A program made the translations under genes and the position numbers. The notes beneath the pieces are model-generated. The model was not told the origin of the DNA. It searched no databases and was given only the letters and a program-made list of their open reading frames with translations. 43,501 nt of DNA. Origin: an uncultured Anaerolineaceae bacterium. GTDB taxonomy: Bacteria > Chloroflexota > Limnocylindria > Limnocylindrales > CSP1-4. The DNA lies in assembly GCA_964385975.1 (NCBI GenBank), contig CAYLSK010000001.1, positions 1-43,501 of the forward strand, given 5' to 3'. Below are positions 25,038 to 31,740 of the stretch, one piece after another (within the stretch, counting starts at the first letter, position 1; the number at the start of each line of letters is the position of its first letter).

Positions 25038-25124
25038 GGGGTGGCGGGGTATGCAGGTCAAGGGGTGGCGGGGTGTGCTAATTGGGTGGCGGAGGGGGTG
25101 GCGGAGGGGTGGCGGGGTGTGCTA
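25038..25124. repeat. five GG(G/T)GGCGG(G/A)G repeats in the intergenic spacer (G-rich on the template strand)
   Basis: Copies at 25038-25049, 25062-25073, 25084-25092, 25094-25104 and 25106-25117. ggcggggtgtgcta is duplicated at 25068-25080 and 25112-25124. Confidence 0.8.
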
Positions 25125-25679
25125 GTTCACGTGTCGCGAGGGGCTGTCCGATTCGTTCTCGGGCTTCATGACCTCGGCACGGATCGTCTCCATCTCGTGG
25201 ACGAACGAACCGACGACCGTCTCGGGCGTCTCAAAGATGATGTCCAGCTTGAGGATCTCGAAGCCCGCCGCTTCCAGCTGCTCACGGAACGAACGCGGTG
25301 ACCAGCCGCCCTTGTGCTGACCGCCGGCTGAGTTCGGCTCCCCGAAGAGTATCTGCAACGCATCGCTGCGACTCGGGCCGTGGAGCCAGTAGCGCGCCGC
25401 ATAGTCGAGGTTCGGGACCGCAATGATGGCCGGGGCGCCTGGCTTCAGCACGCGCAGCCATTCGGCCAATACGTCGGAGACCCGTTCCCATTCGATGTGC
25501 TCGAGGCAATGGCTCGCCCAAATCTCGTCAACGGAGTCTGTCTCGTACGGCAGCGTGCCGAGGTCGGCCTTGACGTCGGCTTCGGGCGCGTGAAGATCAA
25601 CCGTCGTGTAATCCGGCGCGACCCTGCCCGTTGAGGAGCCGAGATCGAGTTTGAGCGGGGCCAGCGTTTCGACGGTCAT
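25122..25679 (-). CDS. class I SAM-dependent methyltransferase (Methyltransf_11-like)
   Basis: LDLGSS…TVDL…LPYETDSVDEIWASHCLEHI…LRVLKPGAPAIIAVP shows motifs I, II and III in order. Confidence 0.65.
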   Translation of the reverse strand: MTVETLAPLKLDLGSSTGRVAPDYTTVDLHAPEADVKADLGTLPYETDSVDEIWASHCLEHIEWERVSDVLAEWLRVLKPGAPAIIAVPNLDYAARYWLHGPSRSDALQILFGEPNSAGGQHKGGWSPRSFREQLEAAGFEILKLDIIFETPETVVGSFVHEMETIRAEVMKPENESDSPSRHVN

Positions 25680-26308
25680 ATCATCTCCACCCGTGGGTCC
25701 GTGATCGGACGGTACTGCCGGAACTCGCCGTCGCCGTCGAGGTGCGTGAGCGGCAACAGGTCATGGAGCGAGATGTGCGTTCCGCGCCTCGCTACCTCGT
25801 AGATCGCGCCTTCCACCAGCCCCTTCGTGTAGCCCTCCTCCTTGACGTAATCCATCGCCCGGACCAGCAGCGAGGTCGCCATGAGCGTGCAACCCATCGC
25901 CTGGTAGTAGCCCGGCTTGCCATCGTGGAACGGGTAGGTATGGGTCACGAACGGCGAGGCGACATAGGCCGCCGCGTTGAGCAGGGTGTCGATCAGCAGG
26001 GGCGGTCCGATGATGTCCTGCTCGAGCGACAGGACCCAGCCGTACATGTGCTCGACGGCGTAATCCGTGATGACCTCCCAGGCGCGCGTGAAGGTGTGCT
26101 CGAACTCAGCCTCGGGCTCGATGTGACGGACGCCGACCCCGAACTCCTTGCTCATCCAGGCCGCGTACTTCCCTTCGTCGCCCGTGTTGTCCACGAGCAG
26201 CAGATCCCGGTTTGGATAGGCAAAGTCGTTGTACGCCTCGATGTAATGGACGAGGCAATAGCGCTTCCCTCGGTAGGTTGGCGCCGCCACGAGGACGCTA
26301 TCGACCAT
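25676..26308 (-). CDS. GT-A-fold (family 2-like) glycosyltransferase candidate (210 aa)
   Basis: VLVAAPTYRGKRY…LLLVDNTGDEG… and SLEQDI (a DxD-like motif). ATG 26308 lies inside the upstream gene's end. Confidence 0.5.
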   Translation of the reverse strand: MVDSVLVAAPTYRGKRYCLVHYIEAYNDFAYPNRDLLLVDNTGDEGKYAAWMSKEFGVGVRHIEPEAEFEHTFTRAWEVITDYAVEHMYGWVLSLEQDIIGPPLLIDTLLNAAAYVASPFVTHTYPFHDGKPGYYQAMGCTLMATSLLVRAMDYVKEEGYTKGLVEGAIYEVARRGTHISLHDLLPLTHLDGDGEFRQYRPITDPRVEMI

Positions 26309-26783
26309 TGCGCACCGCGTGAAGGAAGATGCCCGGGAGCAGCGCGTCCTCCTGGACCTCGATGACCTCGCAGCCCGCAAGCTCGGCCAACACGGGGCCG
26401 GAATCTGGCAGGAACCGCCACAGATCGCCGGGGTAGTCGTGAACGGAGCAGCCGTTGCCACGCGCCGTGATCAGCAGATGCCCGCCGTGTTTGAGGACGC
26501 GCCCCATCTCGGGTAGTGACAGCCAGGGCGCCGTGTCGTGTTCGAGCATCTCCGTGCTCACCACGACATCGAATGAGGCGTCTGCGAACGGCAGTTCGTG
26601 GGCATTCGCCACCTGATCCACACCCGGCCCGTCGCGCATGTCTACCCCGACGTACGGCCCGCTGAACCACTGGCGCACGCTGCCATTCACGTCGAGCGAA
26701 CCGACTTCCAACGTCGAGAGTCCCGCCAGCCCGTCGATCGCCACGGTATCGGCTACCCAGGAGTGAACGGACTCGTGCATCAC
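26298..26783 (-). CDS. class I SAM-dependent methyltransferase (161 aa)
   Basis: LEVGSLDVNG…VGVDM…FDVVVSTEMLEH…LKHGGHLLI. ATGA overlap with the fibre stop. Confidence 0.65.
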   Translation of the reverse strand: MMHESVHSWVADTVAIDGLAGLSTLEVGSLDVNGSVRQWFSGPYVGVDMRDGPGVDQVANAHELPFADASFDVVVSTEMLEHDTAPWLSLPEMGRVLKHGGHLLITARGNGCSVHDYPGDLWRFLPDSGPVLAELAGCEVIEVQEDALLPGIFLHAVRNGR

Positions 26784-29236
26784 GCCATCCGCTGGATGAA
26801 GGCAAGGGCGAAATACGGCTGCGCAGCCGCCATCGAGGCGATCGTCGGTTGCGTGATGCTGTGGTCGCTGAAAGCCGGCTGGGTGATCGCGTGGGCCGAG
26901 GGTTGGGTGACACCGTGGGCGCTGAACGCCGGTTGGGTGATCGAGTGTGCTGAGGGCTGCGTGATCGAGTGGGCGGAGAAAGCCGGCTGGGTGATCGAGT
27001 GAGCCGACACGACCGGCTGGGTCACGGCGTGGGCGGCGATCGCCACGGACGTCGAGAGGCTGTGGCTGGACAGGGCGACGCTCGTGGACAGGCTGTGGTC
27101 GCTGAAGGCGGGCTGGGTGATCGCGTGGGCGCTCACGACCGGTTGGGTGATCGCATGCGCTGAGACCACCGGCTGCGTGAGGGTGTGCGCCGAGACAACG
27201 GGCTGGGTGATCGCGTGGGCGCTCGGCTGAGTAATGGCGTGAGCAGACACGACGGGCTGCGTGAGGGTGTGCGCGGAGACCACGGGTTGAGTCACAGCGT
27301 GGGCGCTCGGCTGAGTGATGGCATGGGCGGAGACGACGGGCTGGGTGAGCGCGTGCGCCGAGACCACGGGTTGAGTCACAGCATGGGCCGATGGTTGGGT
27401 GATGGCGTGGGCGGAGACGACGGGCTGGGTGAGCGCGTGCGCCGAGACCACGGGTTGAGTCACGGCGTGCGCATCGGGTTGGGTGATCGCGTGTGCACTG
27501 ACAACAGGCTGTGTCAACGCGTGGGCGCTCACGACGGGTTGCGTCAATGTATGGGCACTGACGACAGGTTGGGTAAGAGCATGGGCCGACACGACGGGCT
27601 GGGTGAGAGCGTGGGCGGAGACGACGGGCTGGGTGAGCGTGACGGTGGTCGTGACGACCACGACTCGCGTGGTGCCCGATGCCGCGGAGGCAATCGTCGT
27701 AACGCTGGCACCGACATTCGTGGACAGGGTGTGCGCGCTGACCGCTACATTCGTCGAGAGAGCGTGAGCGTCGATCGCTACATTCGTGCTCAGGGCGTGC
27801 GCCGAGATCCCGACGCTGGTCGACAGCGCATGAGCGTCGATGGCCACACTCGTGCTCAGCGAGTGGGTTGAGACGGCTGCGCCCGCGTGCGCCGAGATAC
27901 CGACGTTCGTGGAAAGCGCATGAGCGTCAATCGCGACATTGGTCGAGAGGCTGTGCGTGCTGACAGCGGTTCCGCTATGGGCATCGATTGCGACGCTGGT
28001 CGACAGCGCGTGGGCGTCGATCGCCACATTGGTCGAGAGGCTGTGCGTGCTGACGGCGGCCCCGCTATGGGCGTCAATGGCGACATTGGTCGAGAGGGCG
28101 TGCGCGTCCACCGCGACGTTCGTTGACAACGAGTGGGTGCTGACGGCAGCCCCGCTGTGAGCGTCAATGGCGACATCCGTAGTCAGGGCATGGGCGTCGA
28201 TGCCGACGCTCGTTGACAGAGCGTGCGTGCTGATAGCCGCGTTGGTCGAGAGGGCATGCGCGTCGATGGCGACGGATGTCGAGAGGCTGTGGCTCGATAG
28301 GGCGGGCTGCGTGATCGAGTGATCCGAGAAGGCCGGCTGCGTGATCGAGTGAGCATCCAACGCCACATTGGTGGACAACGCGTGCGAGTCGATGGCGACG
28401 CTCGTGGACAGCGAGTGCGTGGAGACATCGGTACCCGAGTGCGCGTCGAGCGCCACGCTGGTCGAGAGGCTGTGCGCGGAGATGGCCGCGCCGCTGTGCG
28501 CATCGATCGCCACAGATGTCGAAAGGCTGTGGCTGCTGACGGCCGCGCCCGAAGCGGTGTGAGAGTGTGTGATCGAACCGCCGGAGATAGTGAGCGAGCC
28601 TGTCAGGTTCGTCTTGGCGAAACCTGCGTCGTCAGCCGAGGCGCCAACGATGAACATGTTGCGCAGATCGGGACCGGGTGCGTTCGCGGTGCCGTCGCAG
28701 AGCTGCCAGTCCGGGGCAGGGATGGCCGCGATGGTGCCGGACCACATGATGATCCCGCCGATCGGAACGGCTCCGCCACCGGTCAAGTCTTCCCAATCCG
28801 CATCGCCATCGGCGTCGGAGACTTTCGTCAATACTTGGCCCGTTGTGCCACCGTCAGGGATGCCGCTGCCGTCGGCGCCGGGCGGTCCGCTCGGGCCAGG
28901 TCCACCGTTCCCTCCATGTTGCCCAGGCTTACCGTCGGCGCCCTGCTTGGCGAGCAATTTCCACGACACGCCCGGAGGTCGCGCGCCGCTGGACGCTTCG
29001 GTGGCCACATATGAGCTGCCCTGGTATTCAACGACGTCGGGCGGCGCATAGTCTGCCGTTAGCCGCCACGGACCGCGCCAGATGAGACCGGGCTGGCCAT
29101 CCAAGCCATCTTGGCCGGGCTTGCCCTGCGGTCCCTGCTTGCCGGGGGGGCCCGTCGGACCCGGATCACCCTGCGCTCCACGAAGAAGCTCCGCGTGTTC
29201 CTCGGCCACGATCAGCGCCGCGGAGAGCTCATTCAC
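26780..29236 (-). CDS. 818-aa collagen-like / tail-collar-like fibre protein with a long His-initiated repeat array
   Basis: Two Gly-X-Y tracts (GAQGDPGPTGPPGKQGPQGKPGQDGLDGQPG and GADGKPGQHGGNGGPGPSGPPGADG). A collar-type motif GGIIMWSG…P..WQLCDGT…PDLRNMFIVG…GGSITHSHT. Then about 54 short His-led repeats. The GTG start overlaps the portal stop (GTGA 29233-29236). Confidence 0.75.
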   Translation of the reverse strand: MNELSAALIVAEEHAELLRGAQGDPGPTGPPGKQGPQGKPGQDGLDGQPGLIWRGPWRLTADYAPPDVVEYQGSSYVATEASSGARPPGVSWKLLAKQGADGKPGQHGGNGGPGPSGPPGADGSGIPDGGTTGQVLTKVSDADGDADWEDLTGGGAVPIGGIIMWSGTIAAIPAPDWQLCDGTANAPGPDLRNMFIVGASADDAGFAKTNLTGSLTISGGSITHSHTASGAAVSSHSLSTSVAIDAHSGAAISAHSLSTSVALDAHSGTDVSTHSLSTSVAIDSHALSTNVALDAHSITQPAFSDHSITQPALSSHSLSTSVAIDAHALSTNAAISTHALSTSVGIDAHALTTDVAIDAHSGAAVSTHSLSTNVAVDAHALSTNVAIDAHSGAAVSTHSLSTNVAIDAHALSTSVAIDAHSGTAVSTHSLSTNVAIDAHALSTNVGISAHAGAAVSTHSLSTSVAIDAHALSTSVGISAHALSTNVAIDAHALSTNVAVSAHTLSTNVGASVTTIASAASGTTRVVVVTTTVTLTQPVVSAHALTQPVVSAHALTQPVVSAHTLTQPVVSAHALTQPVVSAHAITQPDAHAVTQPVVSAHALTQPVVSAHAITQPSAHAVTQPVVSAHALTQPVVSAHAITQPSAHAVTQPVVSAHTLTQPVVSAHAITQPSAHAITQPVVSAHTLTQPVVSAHAITQPVVSAHAITQPAFSDHSLSTSVALSSHSLSTSVAIAAHAVTQPVVSAHSITQPAFSAHSITQPSAHSITQPAFSAHGVTQPSAHAITQPAFSDHSITQPTIASMAAAQPYFALAFIQRMA
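26840..28545. repeat. in-frame coding tandem repeats of 24, 30 and 33 nt (His-ladder array)
   Basis: Visible both in the DNA and in the translated ORF. The many antisense ORFs in this interval are repeat artefacts. Confidence 0.85.
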
Positions 29237-31455
29237 TCTAGGAGTTCCTCGTGCGTGCCGGTGATCTCGTTGGTCTCCGGGTCGCGATCGATCACGGTTC
29301 GCGTCGGGACATGCTCAACGATCCGAACCGCGCCCTCCGAGATGTGGACCTGAGCCGGTTCGACGGATCGCTCCGGGACGTTGACGGTCACAGCCGGTGA
29401 CGTGATGGCGCCCTGCGCGATCGTGACCGGAGCGCTGTGAACATCGACCTGGACAGCTCCAGGCTCGATCTTGGTGGGGGGGGTGTTCACCTCCACCTGA
29501 ACGGCGCCAGGAGCAATCGTGACGGGTGATGCGACCGTCGTGGACCGGCCCGCCAGTGCCACGAGGAGAGCCGCCTGGTCGCGTTGCACCTGCGCTTGGT
29601 ATCGTTGTTCCTCGGTCATCTCACTGAGCCGGCGGCGGATCGTGTCGCGCGAGACGGCCATTTCGGCCGCCAGCGTGTCGTAGCCAGCCGGCCGCCCGGC
29701 GGCCTCCAGCTCGGCCTTCTTCGCGAGGACCTCCTCCGTCGTCACGATTGGGGCCGGGCCCGCGCCGAGACGGCGAGCCGGCGAATCGACCGACACGGCG
29801 ACCTGACCAGTGCCGACGGGCGCGAACAGAGAGGGGTACAAGAGGACCATGGCGTCGTCGCCTGGGAGGATTGCGCCCTCGATGATCTCGGGCGATAGCG
29901 GGCCGCTGGCCGGCCAGAAACGGCGCGTCGCTCGGTAGTCAGACACGGTCGTTCCGGCAAGCGCGTCGCGGACGATCTCGATGTCCGTCGGCGTGGCCGG
30001 CGTCCAACCTTGACCGATCATCCTGCGCAGCCGGCCGGCGCTGAGGCTGAACTCCCGCGGCGCTGCCGTCCCTGCCGCGGGCAACGTATTACCGGGCGGC
30101 TGGAGCTGGACGCTGACGAGGCCGGTATGGACGAGTCGGGTGACATCACCCGAGCTGACATAGTCCACGACGCTCGCCGGTGTGAAGCCCTCGTTCACCA
30201 GGCGCCCGATCGTCTCCGAGTTCGCCTGCATGACGCTGGCCTGGTCGGTCACGTCGGCCTGGAGGAAGGGCACCGATCGTTGGTCGAACCAGAGTCGCGT
30301 CCCTCCCGTCGGCGCCGGGATGATCGTCTCGAGCGAGCCGCACATGTTCGGCCAGAGGTAGCGCAGTGTGATGTCGCTCGTGCTGCGTTTCGCGGCGCCG
30401 TAGTTCCCAGCGTTCATCGCTGAGCCAGCCATCCCCTCCGAGAACGGGATGATGACCGGGTGCATGCCGACGACCGCGGCCAGCCGCGTCTCCATGGTGC
30501 CGGCGAGGTCCTTGTAGGCCATGTCCTTGAAGTTGGTTCCGACGGGTGCGACGGTCATGCCGCCGCCCAGGTACATCGTCTTGAACGCGTTCGTCGCGCC
30601 CCTGTGCTTCTTCTCGAACTGCTCGAGCCAGCTCTTCGCTTTGGCCTCGTCCCAATTGGGCGGGAACGAGACCGCGAGATTGGGCGTCGCGGCGTTGCGC
30701 ATGAACGCCCGCTTGTAGCTCGTGGATCCGTTGTCCGCGAGGATCTCGGGCAACGCCGCGAGGATCAGCGGCATGCCCCGGTAGCGCGATAGGGGTCCTG
30801 TGTTCGGGTGGAAGTGGGCGACCTCCTCGCGACCGTAGGCGATGACAGCCTTGCCGGACCTCGGCCCTTCGGGCGTGTAGCCGAAGCCGATGATCTCAGC
30901 GTCAGGGTCCTGTGAAAGCTCGATCGGATCGCGCTTCTGCCGCGAGCCGAGCACGATGACCGTCCAGTCCGGCCGGAGCGGCTTGATCCGGTCGACGTTT
31001 CCATAGGGAAGGCTGGGCCCCTTGGGTCTGACCACGCTGGCGGGGCGCCGGACGCCGAACCAGTCGCCTGCGAGATCCGCGTATTGGATCGCCCGGAAGT
31101 TGAGATCGAGCGTCGTCTCGCCAGGCTCCGGATGCTCGAGCGGCGCGAGGTCGGGCGTCCCGAACAGGCCACCCTCGCGACCGCCGAACATCTGCTGAAA
31201 CTGATAGCGCGCCTGGGCGAAGAGCTTCCAACGCGTCTGCAGGGCCGAGAATACGACGCTGCTGCGGCCATAGACCGACGACAGGAACTCGAGCGTTGCC
31301 GGCGGCAGCTCCTCGTCACCGCGCAGCGTCGAGCCGCCGATGAACATCGGTCCGTCGATCGAGGTCATCACGGAGAGCCAATCTCCGAAAGTGAAGTCGC
31401 CCGAGCTTGCAAACCGGGACATGCTCCGGCGCGCCATGACCGCGAGAGGATTCAT
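29233..31455 (-). CDS. portal protein (HK97-family) with about 280-aa C-terminal extension
   Basis: Position after TerL. The first ~450 aa have portal-like length and composition. The extension has an HTH-like segment and short PGAVQV / PVTIA repeats. Confidence 0.75.
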   Translation of the reverse strand: MNPLAVMARRSMSRFASSGDFTFGDWLSVMTSIDGPMFIGGSTLRGDEELPPATLEFLSSVYGRSSVVFSALQTRWKLFAQARYQFQQMFGGREGGLFGTPDLAPLEHPEPGETTLDLNFRAIQYADLAGDWFGVRRPASVVRPKGPSLPYGNVDRIKPLRPDWTVIVLGSRQKRDPIELSQDPDAEIIGFGYTPEGPRSGKAVIAYGREEVAHFHPNTGPLSRYRGMPLILAALPEILADNGSTSYKRAFMRNAATPNLAVSFPPNWDEAKAKSWLEQFEKKHRGATNAFKTMYLGGGMTVAPVGTNFKDMAYKDLAGTMETRLAAVVGMHPVIIPFSEGMAGSAMNAGNYGAAKRSTSDITLRYLWPNMCGSLETIIPAPTGGTRLWFDQRSVPFLQADVTDQASVMQANSETIGRLVNEGFTPASVVDYVSSGDVTRLVHTGLVSVQLQPPGNTLPAAGTAAPREFSLSAGRLRRMIGQGWTPATPTDIEIVRDALAGTTVSDYRATRRFWPASGPLSPEIIEGAILPGDDAMVLLYPSLFAPVGTGQVAVSVDSPARRLGAGPAPIVTTEEVLAKKAELEAAGRPAGYDTLAAEMAVSRDTIRRRLSEMTEEQRYQAQVQRDQAALLVALAGRSTTVASPVTIAPGAVQVEVNTPPTKIEPGAVQVDVHSAPVTIAQGAITSPAVTVNVPERSVEPAQVHISEGAVRIVEHVPTRTVIDRDPETNEITGTHEELLE

Positions 31456-31576
31456 CGGGGCACTCCCAGGCCTACCCAGCCGACCGCGAGAGGATTCATC
31501 GGGGCACTCCCAGGCCTACCCAGCCGACCGCGAGAGGATTCATCGGGGCACTCCCAGGCCGACCCAGCCGACCGCG
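31437..31576. repeat. 44-bp direct repeat x3 plus an 8-bp partial fourth copy, spanning the portal start
   Basis: Units at 31437-31480 and 31481-31524 are identical. The unit at 31525-31568 has one mismatch. gaccgcga repeats again at 31569-31576. Confidence 0.9.
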
Positions 31577-31740
31577 ACGACGGCCAGACCGGCCAATACA
31601 AGGGCCGCAGGCACGAAGACCAGGCCGACCCCAATGACGACGAGCGCAGCGCCGGCGACGATCAGCGCGGTATAGGCGGTCGATGGTCGACGGATGCGCC
31701 GGAGGAACGGGCGGCGAGGCGTGCGGGCGGTCGTGACCAT
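31540..31740 (-). CDS. 66-aa two-TM membrane protein between TerL and portal
   Basis: Basic N-terminus followed by ALIVAGAALVVIGVGLVFVPAALVLAGLAVVAVGWVGLG. TGATG overlap with the TerL stop. Confidence 0.55.
   Translation of the reverse strand: MVTTARTPRRPFLRRIRRPSTAYTALIVAGAALVVIGVGLVFVPAALVLAGLAVVAVGWVGLGVPR

Noticed and set aside
26840-28545. Regularly spaced short direct repeats that superficially resemble a CRISPR array.
   Set aside because: The repeats are contiguous, with no unique spacers, and have periods of 24, 30 and 33 nt. They lie entirely inside one long open reading frame with strong coding bias, and no cas genes are present.
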